A DNA stretch of 63,958 nt, the filler included, from Octopus bimaculoides (taxonomy: Eukaryota): NCBI RefSeq assembly GCF_001194135.2. It is 7 parts of 6 records of this genome, joined end to end, with 100 filler letters (N's around TTAATTAATTAA, not from the genome) between each part and the next. Parts side by side here need not be neighbours in the genome. Positions count along the whole stretch, not along the records: positions 22,722 to 39,343 come from NC_068986.1; 6 more parts are not named here. The stretch is one strand, 5' to 3'. A model generated the notes under the pieces. The model was not told where the DNA came from. It saw nothing but the letters and a program-made list of their open reading frames with translations, and made no database searches. A program made the translations under genes and the position numbers. Shown here piece after piece: positions 25,330 to 38,582 of this stretch; the stretch's first letter is position 1, and each line of letters begins with the position of its first letter.

Positions 25330-26040
25330 GAATCCAGGTGATATATCTTTGGTATTCAAATATCTGGTATCACTGGTACCTGACATTGGATTCATTACCA
25401 AAATTCTTCCTATTTTAGTAAACATTTATCTTCTTTTATCTTTATATAACTGCTTCCTACCATTCTTTGTATGCATCGCCTGACAACTACTCTCTATTTT
25501 TCATTATTGATACAATAGTGCACTCTGTTAAATTATACCCGAAGCTTTACACGCAGCAAAATCCAATGACATAACCAAGTACTGTTCTCTCATCCTCTAC
25601 ATCGACCTCAACATCCGTTCATTCAGTTCTGGTAAACCCTTACAATTTCATACTTGTATTGAATCATCCAATTATTACTCATTTCGTCCCTACATCAACG
25701 GCCTTCCCACATGTTAATAGAAATGACTTGTCCCTGGACATGTATAAAAAAAATCATCAAAGACATAACGCAATTGTTTGACATTTCAGTTCTACTTCTC
25801 TACTTTCCGTTTCCGATAAATAAAGCGAACAATTATTTGACATTTAAATTGAGGCAGTTAATGCCTGACTCTCCAAGATATAATTTATATTCACATGTAT
25901 GCTCAAAATACACAGGCCGTCTCCTATAAAGATAGAGCGTGTATGTTCTATAGATATAGTAGCTATGCGCTACAAACAAATTATATATCTTCACTACCTG
26001 ATATTTCCTCATTTGAATTCTCCTAGATCTTGAATACACA
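25330..26040 (+). mobile_element. Decayed Penelope-like reverse transcriptase remnant
   Basis: Fragments QISGI-GT (cf. QxxGxAMG) at 25357 and LYIDLNI (cf. FLDLxI) at 25595, in the expected order. Many stops. Confidence 0.4.
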
Positions 26041-26330
26041 AATTATGAATGCTAGATAAATCGCTTTCCTGCTTCGCATCTTTACAATGAACTAATTGAA
26101 CGTTTTATGTAGATGGGTTTATATTTCCACATAAAAGAATCACAATGGAAGCGTGCAAATTTATCTATCATCGTAAAGTTATTAGAGCCATTCTGCGTCC
26201 CTTATGTTACTTCAAAGTCTTACATTATTGATCGAAACCCCACTGGAACTGACTATGTCAATCGTATTTTAGGGGTTAATATGTGTTGTTAATGCCATTG
26301 AGTAAAATAAATTAACTTTCGTTGACTTAC

Positions 26331-26457
26331 AAAACGCGAAGTTGTTTTCCATGTTGCACCGACCGAGTCCGAAGCCGATACACATATATTACAAATGTAT
26401 TGTTATCGTACGAAAATCGAACAATTTCTCTTTCTTCAAAACAAATTAGATTTTCAG
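26331..26457 (-). CDS. Candidate internal exon (phase 1-2)
   Basis: Donor TT|gtaagt, acceptor ttttattctgaag (alternative at 26433). Open peptide (A)ENLICFEEREIVRFSYDNNTFVIYVYRLRTRSVQHGKQLRV. Confidence 0.25.
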
Positions 26458-27754
26458 CTTCAGAATAAAATTTAAAAGAGGACACCGATTTTATAGATCG
26501 ATACAAATTGAATAAAAATAAGATAAAAGACGTTCGAGGATTTATCGTCTGCTACCAATTTCTGCCATATCAACTTCTGATTCAGACTAGAACTGAAATT
26601 GAAGTACATTTTTGAGACATTTGAGTATGGTGAACAAAATTCATGGCTCCTGTGTAGTTATAGAGGTTATATTCTACTTCTAGATAAGTTTTGATAATTT
26701 ATCTAGATACATTGAATGAACTACTTTAGAAGAGATATTTTTGATCGAAAATAATTGTTTTCAATATAGGCAAAAGGAGAACGGAAAGACGATTACATCA
26801 ACTCCCACCTCGTGCTCAACTGGTACTTATTTTATTGTAACCGAAAGAATGAAAGGCAAACTTGACGGGTAGGATTTGAATTCATGCCATAACGAACCGC
26901 TAGAAATATCGATATGCATTTTGTATGGTGCGTTAACGATTGTGCCATCACACAGCGGCCTTCGGATTAAAAAGGAAATAGAAAACGAGAAGAAACAATA
27001 ACTTCATACAATTAGATTGTGGCATGGATAAGAACTCTACACTATTCGGAAAGTGAGGTTGATGAAATAACGTTAAATATAATAATTACATTGACTAAAT
27101 TGGACTGAGTACTTACAACTTACATTTAAATATCTTTAATGCTAGAGGTGTAGCTATTGTTTCTGTTTACACCACCCCTCGACGCTCCTCAAGCACATTT
27201 ATAATCAAAAATGTGCAAGTCAGAAACATGATACCATTTTATGTGAATATGAGAATAACTTCTTCCAATATGCCCTTCACTTAGTCATGGTGGCAGATTG
27301 TGATTTCAGAGAAACTTGACTGCTATTTTTAGCAACTTGAGTACTGCACCCTTCATTGGCTCCTTTTAATTGTAGTCGATGCTGAATGGTAGAAATTGAG
27401 CATATAAAAATAATTCGACGTAGTAACGTCGTACAAAATTTATCTCGTGGAAGGTTACAGTAGAAAATGTATTTCTTAAATGCAGTCTGTAACAGAAGAG
27501 TGCGAACACGCGAGTTGCAGCACTAACTATTCGATTGATAGCAAATCTTTAAAAAATTTACTTTTCAAAGGAAAGGGTAAAGTACGGTTGAAGCCTAAAA
27601 ACTTATGAATACCTCATAAAATCTCTTTCTTTAATTCATTTTGTTTCATGTAATTGAAATGCCATGCGAAGTTTAACTTGGTTAATGCTTTTGATGTATT
27701 GTGTAACAGATTGCAAGAAAGCTACGGGTCATTGTCATGTATACATATATATAT

Positions 27755-27916
27755 AATTTAAAATTTAGTCTTCAGCAAGTATTGCTTCACCACACACCGA
27801 AAATTAGAAATAGCAGCCAAAACCTACTATTTCTCTACTAAAAATACGTCTACCAAAAAAGTAATACTGTTTGGTGTGTGGTGCAGCAATACTTGCTGAA
27901 CCCTAAATTTTAAATT
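27755..27916. repeat. Inverted repeat, ~46-bp arms
   Basis: AATTTAAAATTTAGTCTTCAGCAAGTATTGCTTCACCACACACCGA vs TTGGTGTGTGGTGCAGCAATACTTGCTGAACCCTAAATTTTAAATT. Confidence 0.85.
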
Positions 27917-28107
27917 GTGTTCATACATTTACCGATAATGGTTTTTAACACACCGAACTACTTGGTAAAATTACTAAGTATCAATGAATTGTTAATTTTT
28001 ACCTTATGTCTGTATGAGCAACATGGACTGAAGTGTCTTTTAGTGTCATGCACAAGGACATAACGCATCGGCAGGTCCAGGAATCGACCCCATGACACAT
28101 TACTATT

Positions 28108-28117
28108 GTGAACCGAC

Positions 28118-28174
<57 letters not shown>

Positions 28175-28215
28175 TATTGAAAATAATAGTATTAATAATA
28201 ATAATAATAATTATA
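28108..28215. repeat. (AAT)n microsatellite
   Basis: Direct reading. Confidence 0.95.
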
Positions 28216-30750
28216 GATTCAAGTTTTAACACAAGGCGAGTAATTTTTTAGTGTAGGGTATTGACTGGTACTTTATTTTATCGGCCTCGTAAGCATGAAA
28301 TGTAAGGTTGACTTCGACGGGATTTGAACTCAGAACGTTGAATCAGAAGAAATGCCGCGAAGCATTTTGTCCGATACACTAAAGATTCTATGACTTCGCT
28401 ACCTTATTACTAATAATGATAACGATGCATAAAAAGATTTAGTATGCAGGGTTGAGCCAGAATATTTCATGTTTATTTGCAACGGATGAATATGGAATGT
28501 GCACCATAAACTTGTCCGACACGATGACTTCTTCAACTGATGTACTTACGACCCAAGAGTAAATTTCACACGCCACTAAAGTTTGTTATTAGTCTTCATA
28601 TGGTTTCTTGCAATGATTTTGTTAATGAGAGAAGGTAGGTCAACGCCCATCGTAGTTTTAGCTAAAGTGGCAACGTTCATCACGCTTTTACATGGTGTCC
28701 TAGATTAGTATAGAGAAAAGAGGAATCGCTCCTCATGTCGAAGATGTGGCCGGAATGCTTGCAACACAGAAGACAACAGTAAGGTCATCTGAATGTCAGC
28801 TGGTTGGTGTTTAAACATGCTTAATTTATTTCAGCATGAGCAATCTAAAGCGTACACTGTTTAATGATAACGATACAAGATCACTAACTACACATATATC
28901 TCTGCGTTGTTACGTCTTCTACAGATATAAGATAGAACTGATTTCTATTGATACTTCAATACTGAATTAAATGCAAGAGCCGAGCACAAGACTCTTTCAT
29001 GTTATCAATATAAGTTCGCTACTTTTGAATGGACGCCTTGATAACGATTTATGTTACAACGAGCGTCGCATTTAATGAATAATATATAATAAATAGTGAC
29101 ATTTACTAACTGTATTAGTCAGTGATAGCCTGGTAGTGAAACAAGCATTGATATAATACCAAATTACATATAATTACTTTACAAATCAGAATGTTCAAGT
29201 TTTCGGTAGTTAATTATTGTCTTGTCAATTACCTTTTCGTTAATTATACGCTGACGGCGGCCACAATGATAAGAGCCAGTCCTCAACTGAAATGGAGTTG
29301 GGTCTGGCGAATCTTGTAATCTAATCATTCACAGAAGCAATTTTTGAAGATTCTGTCCCCACATGGTGCAACAGCTGTAAAGCAGTTTGTAGGAGCCCAC
29401 GCATTATGCAAACTATCATTCACTGAGCTCAGCCTTAAGAATTGAGAAAACGTTACAAAATAGCATAGTGATTTTATCACAGAGTATACACAAAATAATT
29501 TGTATCTTTCTATTCTCTGTGGTAGTTAAGACTGTGACGTCAACATTTTCGAAACTATATGGCAGCTGAATCAAGAATACATAGCTAACTAAGGAAAGGC
29601 TCACACAACATAGTTTAATTTAAGAGCACACAACATAATTTAATTCTGTCGGACCCTAAAAAGAATGCTAGATTGCTTTTGAACATAGGTCGCTCAATAG
29701 GGTTCATCTGAGGCTAAATGACAAAGCAAGCAATCAAAAGAGTACTTGAGAACTATTTTTGTTTTTGCTATCAAATTTCATAATCTTCTATGGGTGATTT
29801 GTATTAATCTATTAGAAGCTTGTCCTAATTTCTTAGCTCATCCGTATTGATTCCTCATTTGTAATGGTGCAATTTTCATAAAACTGCTTGATTCAAACCA
29901 GAATACATAAAAGCTTTATATATAGTTTAGGGCTTCAAACAAGCATTCGTTAAACTATCAACTGTTTTCTTTTCATACCGACTGAAAACATTACATTTAG
30001 GTATTAGGATACAAGTGAAAATATTTTAAGACGGTATAATTTCAGTATACACAAAGTAACACAACAGTGATTGATATAGCATTTTGCAAGTGAAATCTAA
30101 TTTGCCTTTCACTATACTATTCACCGCCATTAAAATACATTCAGAAAGAACTCTAACGCTATAATCAGATCAACCAGTCTAATGCTTCATCAATGAGCAA
30201 GCATCCTGCTTTCTCTATATGTGTGATTAAGTCAATGGCTCCTATACTCAACTTCATTGCATTGGTGTTGGTCAAAGACATGACGACCTAACAGTAGTTA
30301 TATTACAATTCAAGGCGATGAGTTAGCAGCATCGTTAGCACATTGTAGAAAATGCTCAGCGACATTTCTTCCGGCTCTTTTCGTTCTGAGTTCAAATTCC
30401 ACCGAAGTTAACTTTATCTTTAATACCTTTGGCATCGATAAAATAATGTACTACTAGTGTACCACTGAAGATGTAATATATGTGGCTACTCCCCTCAAAA
30501 TTGCAATCCCTGAGCCCTGTAGCAAACGACGTCCCGTTCATGGGAATGTTGTAATCTCGGTCCCTTATACACAACAGAAACTGAGAAAGCAGCTTTATCA
30601 GTTCTGGGGATCGCGAAAAAAATAAATACTACAATACACTTTGTATTTGGCAGAGCTGAATTTCATCAGTAATACAAAGAAAACGGCGATTCGTTACAGG
30701 TTTCTTCATAGTTACTCAAGATGCGAGAAATAACACTTAAATTTCTACTA

Positions 30751-31165
30751 TACGCAGGAGTGGCTGTGTAGTAAGTGGCTTGCTTACCAAGCACATGTTT
30801 CCGCGTTTAGTCCCATTGTGTGGCACCTTGGGCAAGTGTCTTCTACTACAGCCTCGGGCCGACCAAAGCCTTGTGAGTGGATTTGGTAGACGGAAACTGA
30901 AAGAAGCCCATCGTATATATGTATATATGTATATATATATGTGTGTGTGTATATGTTTGTGTGTCTGTGTTTGTCCCCCCAACATCGCTTGACAACCGAT
31001 GCTGGTGTGTTTAGGTCCCCGTAACTTAGCGATTCGGCAAAAAAGACCGATAGAATAAGTACTAGGTTTACAAAGAATAAGTCCTGGGGTCGATTTGCTC
31101 GACTAAAGGCGGTGCTCCAGCATGGCCGCAGTCAAATGGCTGAAACAAGTAAAAGAGTAAAAGAG
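30751..31165 (+). mobile_element. Full-length SINE family B copy
   Basis: Head CGCAGGAGTGGCTGTGTAGTAAG through to the tail AAGTAAAAGAGTAAAAGAG. Confidence 0.9.
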
Positions 31166-31509
31166 CATACTATGAAGGAAAAAAAGGTAAAGAACCCCTT
31201 TGGTCATGAATGACCATGGGATTGCACCTCAGAGGTACAAGTCCGGGAAAGGTTGTTTATGGAAGAGCAGCAGCTGCCCGTGCATTTCAGCCTCCCCCCT
31301 TTTCATGCCACTCATGTTATGCAAGGGAAAGGCAAAGGCTGATACAGCTTGGCCCCAGTAATATCACAACTCATTTCTACAGCTGAGTGAATTGGAGTAA
31401 CGTGAAATAAAGTGTCTTGCTCAAAAACACAACACAACCGGACGCTCTAAGCACTGACCCATGTACCTTCATGCTATGCTCTGTTCTTAATACCTTGAAA
31501 GAAAGACAT

Positions 31510-31685
31510 CAGGGACGATTACCTCGACCCCAGTGCGTAACTGGTACTTAATTTATCGATCCCGAAAGGATGAAAGGCAAAGTCCACCTCGGCGGAATTT
31601 GAACTCAGAACGTAACGGCAGACGAAATACCGCTAAGCATTATGCCCGGCGTGCTAACGTTTCTGCCAGCTAACCGCCTTACGAG
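31510..31685 (-). mobile_element. SINE family C copy
   Basis: Close match to the reverse complement of 37382-37520. Confidence 0.85.
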
Positions 31686-32918
31686 CTTCTATCAGTTCCA
31701 CCCACAAGGTTTTAAGCGGTCTCGAAGCTATAGTAGAATGCACGTGCCACGCTGTGGGACTGAACCTGGAACCATGTGGTTGGGAAGCAAGCTTCTTACA
31801 ACACAGCCATAGCTGAGCCTCTGTATATCTCACGGTCAAAACCTCTATTAGCCAGTAGATGTACATTGAGCAAAAATAACAAAAACAAAAAGAAAAATTA
31901 CTTTGGAGCGTTAATAACCATAACAACGGCAGGAATTGTAGTAGTAGCAGCAGCAGCAGCAGTAGTAGTAGTAACAGTAGTAGTAGTAGTTGCTGGGGTT
32001 GAAATGAAAAAAATAAATCGACTGTTGAGTGATATTTATTTTACATGACTCCACCTCCAGTGCCCATCTTATTTAATTAATATGAATATTAAAATATAAA
32101 TTATATGATACTGTCTGTCTGTCTGTCTTGTTCCTTCTCTCTCGTTGGCGTATCTACAATGTAGAGCATAGCTAGAAGAATAGTAATAGATTATTAACGA
32201 AATCATCATTATGGTCATCATCATCATTATCCTCATGATCATTATGAGCTATACCAATAAAACAACGCCACCGCCACTTCTACCGCTACTGCAGCCATTA
32301 CCACTACAACTCCAAGCCTCATCACCACCACCACCAGCACCACCACTACCACCACCACCTACGCCAACACCACAACAGCAAGAACCTTCTCTAGCGTCAC
32401 CGTTATTACTATTTTGGCGACAGATCTTATGTATTTTCTGCATGAATGTGTTATCGCATTAAAAGCTATTTTTTTATTCCTCTCCACATATTCTTTCGCT
32501 CAATGCTTTTTCCAAACTCTTACTATTAGTTTCTCTTTCTCTCTCTCTCTCGCTCTCTCTCTCCCTCTCTCGCTCTCTCTCTCTCTCTCTCTCCAATACA
32601 CACACACACATACTCAGTACCCATCTATTTTCTACCAGGTTTCTAACAACTCCTAATGTTCAGATTCCTCCTCCTCCTCCTCCTAACCTTCATCCTCCCC
32701 TCCCCACNNNNNNNNNNNNNNNNNNNNNNNNNNNNNNNNNNNNNNNNNNNNNNNNNNNNNNNNNNNNNNNNNNNNNNNNNNNNNNNNNNNNNNNNNNNNN
32801 NNNNNNNNNNNNNNNNNNNNNNNNNNNNNNNNNNNNNNNNNCTTCATCCACCTCCTCTTCCCTCCGCCTCCTCCTCCCCTTCACCTCTTCCCCTCCTTTG
32901 ATCAACAGCCTATTCCTT

Positions 32919-32970
<52 letters not shown>

Positions 32971-33859
32971 CTTCTCTCTCTCGGTACATATCGCTATCTA
33001 CCTCATTGTCTATCTTGAACTTTTGCTCGTCCATACTGTTTTAAGGTTTTGATTAATAACATATCCAGGACCGCATTCATTAATTCCACACATCCGAAAG
33101 CAAATTTACTTATCTCCTTCATCTCCTCTCTCCCTCTCATATATACAGATATATACATATACACGCACACACACACACACACATACACATACACACACAC
33201 ACATATATATTTCTATAATTGTGTTTTTATTTATTATATATAGATTTGCTTGTACAGAGCCCTGTAAATCTCATATCGTTCTAGTGGTTTTGAAAACTAA
33301 GATCTATTGTAGAGTGAACTCATTTATCACTTAAAGACATTTAAAAAAGATGGTAGTATTTAGCGTTTATTTTATTATTATTATTATTTTTTGTTTAGTC
33401 TTTTCAAGATTCCTCCTTTTAACTATGGATCAAAAACACCTATGAATCATGCAAACTTATTGTAAATGGATAATGCAATGCACAGATGGGAAATTACGAA
33501 ACAATCTGTTATTTCCTACATAATTCCAATAACATGATGACATTGCTCTATACATAAGTACAAACATATATACATGGACAAATAACATACATACGTACAT
33601 ACTTACACACACAGACATACACGCACACAGAGATACACAGACACAAACACACACACAGACACATACACACACACACACACACCGAGATACACATTTGCAC
33701 GTATATATACATATATANNNNNNNNNNNNNNNNNNNNNNNNNNNNNNNNNNNNNNNNNNNNNNNNNNNNNNNNNNNNNNNNNNNNNNNNNNNNNNNNNNN
33801 NNNNNNNNNNNNNNNNNNNNNNNNNNNNNNNNNNNNNNNNNNNNNNNNNNNNNNNNNNN

Positions 33860-33890
<31 letters not shown>

Positions 33891-35669
33891 GTGTGTGTGT
33901 GTATATATATATATATATCAGATGTCCATGCTTGTAGTATCGATATATAGAGATTTATATTTACTGATAGATATACATGCATAGATACACACGCACACAC
34001 ACACACACGCATATAGCATGAGTGTGTGTGTCTGTGTATGTGTGTGTGTGTGTGCATTTTGCGTATGTGTGTCTGTGAGTGTATAATAGTTTTACTTCGT
34101 TTTGTCAGTATTAGGTGTTTGAAAAATGACTGAACAGCGAAGTAGCAGTCTTAATAGCCGGTATGTAATGACGGATGATAAAAACAAAAAAACCCCAGAA
34201 GCAACAATAATTCTGTGTACACGAATTCATCAGTACATGAATGACCGCAGAGATACATGCGATTCGTGAAATTCAGAATGAATTTTAGACAGGCTTATCG
34301 TATGAAATTACTGTCTAAAAACACACTTATTATCAGCTTTTGTAGATGCAGAAAGTGGGGCGGTAATCACGAAAAGAGACAACATAAAGACATCGAACGT
34401 ATTTTGTATAAATTCTGCCATGGACGGGGGATACTTCTGAAGGGGGAAAAAATAATCTTTGAAGATGAAAAATGATATAAATGTCGGTAAATTGCTTACA
34501 TTCCTTCAAGCTAGCGGCCCTGTCATTTATTTAATTACTAAATATCAGGGAAAAGCGCTTTCAAGTGATGTTTTTATTGAAGCCTTGTATATTTGCATGT
34601 TTTCTTTTATATTGTGTAGTGTCACGTGGTTTTGTTAATATTTTATAGGTGTCTAATATCGCTATGGAGTCGATCCGCCCATTCATTGGGGGAGGATCGT
34701 CACGAATCTTCGTTTTCCCCTTGTGTATCCCTATCTACCTCATTTTACTGATGATACGTTAGGAGCACGGACATGCTATATATGTATGCAGGTGTGTGTA
34801 TGTGTCAGTATTCCCGTGAGTGTGTGTGTTTGTGTGTGTATGAGACTGTGGAACCACAGCGTGTTTCATACATGGGCACTTAGATATTCGATCAACTAAA
34901 ACACGTACCCTTAACGTAATTTTTAGGCAGAATCAGCGCGTCACAATCTCTGACAAGTCGGTTCTTTGAATAGGGCTTCCACACAGTTCATGTCAACGCA
35001 GTGTCACTCTTATCACTTTAGCCGATTCAAGGTTATGGCAATAGGCAATTGATAGCTCACAATGCAATCGGGCTTGTACCAGAGGAAATTATTAACCACT
35101 TGGCTAATATTCCCTTTCACTCCAATGAAACCCTGAATCGCTTATGTAGAAATCTTTGAAGCACCATGGATTCTTTGAATTCAAAAGGTTCATTGAATCT
35201 ATTTATATGGAGAATACAATTAAGAAATGCAATAAAATAAATTAATACCCCCATTATGAAAGAAAAGGATTTTTCTAGAAACTTTTTCACTTTAGGTTTT
35301 GGAGAAATGATGTTTCATTTTTATTACAGTTGCATCAAAAAAGGACATTTTGATGCCAGATCAGTTTGGATGCAATCTTCAGGGTCTAATCAATTAGGCT
35401 GCATTTTTTTTTGTTCATTAGAGTGGAAAATCCTTGTTTGCAAAGGTAAATTGTTACAAAAGGCAGCAGCTTTTTGACTGCTTCCTTATGCCAGAAGAAA
35501 AATTTTTTTTATCGTAACAAGGAACACGTTTTTTTTTTATATAATTTTACTTATGTCCAATGAGTTCCCATTACCTCCAAGGATTTCGTATTCACACCAC
35601 TTGGAGTAATTTACCCCGGTTCTATGTCACCTCGTTGTGAGGATCTGGGAAACAATTGTTTTGTTTGCA

Positions 35670-36230
35670 TATTTATTCTTAACTCGTCTAGGCACATTCA
35701 GACACCAAATTATGTTGCGCACTGTAATGTATGTCACAGGAGGATAACTTCTCATCTTTACGACTACAGTATTCAAAACATTCAGCTCATTACCTCATGC
35801 CATTCTAGGGCACCAGTGCTTCGACCTGTGTCCCGTCAGCCAAAACCAGCGAGAACTTTGAGCCTAAACGAAACTGCTGGTTATATACTTTCAGCGAACA
35901 AATATTTTGTTGATCAGTGCTTATATCTGCCAATTGATAAAAGAAAAAATCGTTATTTGCATTGTGGACCAACATATATGGAAGTATTATTTATATTCGT
36001 ATTTTATTCTTAACATGTTTAGGCAGGTTCAGAGGCAAAATAAACCGGTCGCTGTAGTGTACGTCATAGAAGAATAACTTCTCTCTTTTACGACGACAGT
36101 GTGTTCGACACACTCGGCTTATTGACAAACGGCATTCTGGTATACCGGTGTTCCGACATTCTATCTCTTGTTAGCCAGAATCAGTCGTAACTATGAGCCT
36201 AAACGAAGCCGCTTGTTTATTGGTCGGTGT
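35670..36230. repeat. Old diverged tandem duplication, ~330-bp period
   Basis: Shared blocks TTATTCTTAAC, ATAACTTCTC(A/T)..TTTACGAC(T/G)ACAGT and GAGCCTAAACGAA occur in the same order in both halves. Confidence 0.65.
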
Positions 36231-37381
36231 TATTTAGTAGATCGATATAACAGCTTTCCAGTAATGAGCATTCTGACTGAATACTTTATTTTTTCTAACT
36301 GGAAAGTATAACTTCTAGAAAATATGACCGTTGTTTCTAGCAGGTCAAGAAACCTTGTACAGGATTTTTCGTTGGGTTTACATAAAGATTCTATAGTTCA
36401 TTTTAGTTCTTACAATTCCCTCTTCCTACATTGAATAAATTTTATTTCTTCCCCAAATACCTCTGCTATGAAGAAGAGATACAATGAATTTTCGAGCAAA
36501 TTCTTTAAGCTAGATTATTTCTGGGTAGAAACAGTTAAAATCCGCAAATTTATTTTATAGTTTTCCTCTCAGTACACCGGAAATATCTCGTTTTTTTTTT
36601 CTTTTCTATTGAAATCACTCTTACAAGTGCAGACCACTGATAATTTCCGTGAGTTTTAGCAGTTAATTCTATTTCACATAGTATTTCTGTGATTAGCATG
36701 ACTTAATTAATTTTCAGTTAACGATTTTACTCTTGCAGGAATCCTGATAATAACAGGTTATCCTCTCGGATATTCGTTTCGTTAGTAATTTTGGAATCAA
36801 AAATTACTGTTCACTTCACTGAGCGAATGGACTTGTGATCTTTTTTAACATTAAGTTATAGTGAACTATATTGTGCTCAAACAGGGATTGACAGAGGTAG
36901 GACTGCTCCTCAATATTTGAATGAAATATTTTAAAATGACTAAATTAAGGGTTTGATGAAATAACTTAATATAATATAAAGATTTGCAAAGGGTATTTAT
37001 GGAAATGTGGAGTCGAGTAATTACGAAGCGAGCCGCTATGCGATTAATCGACCTACTAGAAGTAGCCCCACAAGCATTCTCAAATCACACATTATTATTT
37101 TTAAAATGACGCAATGAAAAATGAGGGAATGAAAAATAGACGTAATAGCTATGGATCATAAGTTCTTCTCAATCACAATTACCTAGGAACTACACAAATA
37201 CATCACCACCAATCAGCACCACCATCACCTCCCAGTACAATCACACGACCACCATCACCCACCAACACGACCACCACAACCACTACCATCACAACTGCCA
37301 CCACCCACCAATAACATTACTACCACCAACACCACTTAGCATATTTCATATATTGAGTATCACAACCATTCCTGCTCGCAG

Positions 37382-37974
37382 GAACGTTAGCACGCCTAGT
37401 GAAATGCTTAGCGCTATTTCGTCTGCCGTTACGTTCTGAGTTCAAATTCCGCAGAGATCGACTTTGCCTTTCATCCTTTCGGGGTCGATTAAATAAGTAC
37501 CAGTTACGCACTGGGGTCGATGTAATCGACTTAATCCCTTTGTCTGTCCTTGTTTGTCCCCTCTATGTTTATCCCTTTGTAGGCAATAAAGAAATAAGAA
37601 ACGTTAGCACGCTGGGTGAAATGCTTAGCTGTATTTCGTCTGTCTTTACGTTCTTTGTTCAAATTCCGCCGTGGTCAACTTTGCCTTTCATCCTTTCGGG
37701 GTCGATAGATTAAGAAACAGTAACGTACTGGGGTGGATCTAATCGACTTAATCCCTTTGTCTGTCCTTGTTTGTCCCCTCTATGTTTAGTCCCTCGTGGG
37801 CAATAAAGAAATAAGAAACGTTAGCACGCTGGGCGAAATGCTTAGCGGTATTTCGTCTGCCGTTACGTTCTAAGTTCAGAGTCGACCTCGGTGGAATTTG
37901 AACTCAGAACGTGATGACTGACGAAATACCGCTAAACATTTCACCCGTAGTGCTAACGTTTCTGCCATCTCGCC
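37382..37974 (+). mobile_element. Head-to-tail array of SINE family C (217-bp period) ending in an inverted copy
   Basis: Units start at 37382, 37599 and 37816, with identical junctions GAAATAAG|AAACGTTAGCACG. Inverted copy at 37881-37974. Confidence 0.9.
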
Positions 37975-38177
37975 GTCGTATACTAGTAAAATATTGTCAT
38001 TGCAAGTGATATGAAGATGGAGTTTAAGCAGATACAGCATTTTTACACAGTCACAACGTGTAGATTTATATATACATACACATACATAAATTCTTTTCAT
38101 TTTGCCAAATAAACACACGCACTATATATTTGTTCTTCACTTGTTTATTACTGTTCTTATTTTAACTCACGTCCATC

Positions 38178-38220
38178 GTCCGGAAATCTTTCGTCACACA
38201 TCTGTGACCTGTTCAGCGAC
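38178..38220 (-). ncRNA. Degenerate hammerhead motif (family HH5), core CUGAACA, probably inactive
   Basis: GTCG CTGAACA G GTCAC AGATGT GTGAC GAAA GATT TC CGGAC. Homologous to 58609-58653, with G8 mutated. Confidence 0.55.
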
Positions 38221-38447
38221 ACTTTCCGGCCTCGCGTGCAATCCTTGCTCCGCTTAATCCATTATGTTCTTCCAGGATGTGTATCTTTATATTCACATGC
38301 GTTTGCGTCTGTATTTGTGTGTGTGCGTGCATGCGCGCGCTTGTATTTGTGTGTGTATACATGTGTGTGTACCTGATCATCCCGAAAGACAACAATATCT
38401 GTTTCAACATACGGTTTTACATCAAGAATCTTGCAGCACAAATTTGT

Positions 38448-38497
<50 letters not shown>

Positions 38498-38532
38498 TCA
38501 CACACATAAACACACACATGTGTATGTATATA

Positions 38533-38582
<50 letters not shown>

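Noticed and set aside
32211-32462. Pro-rich and Gly-rich ORFs
   Set aside because: They derive from a degenerate (CCA)n/(ACC)n tract, similar to 37200-37335.
34175-34235. CTGATGA followed by an ATTC/GAAT stem on the minus strand (similarly 15670-15715)
   Set aside because: The GAAA box and stems I/III are absent.
34337-34475. Plus-strand exon DAESGAVITKRD... as a cadherin or neuropeptide fragment
   Set aside because: The similarity covers only a few residues, the frame stops after 31 codons, and no supporting neighbouring exons were found.
37382-37880. CRISPR-like array (also 20539-20617)
   Set aside because: Units are contiguous full repeats without unique spacers, there are no cas genes, and the context is eukaryotic.
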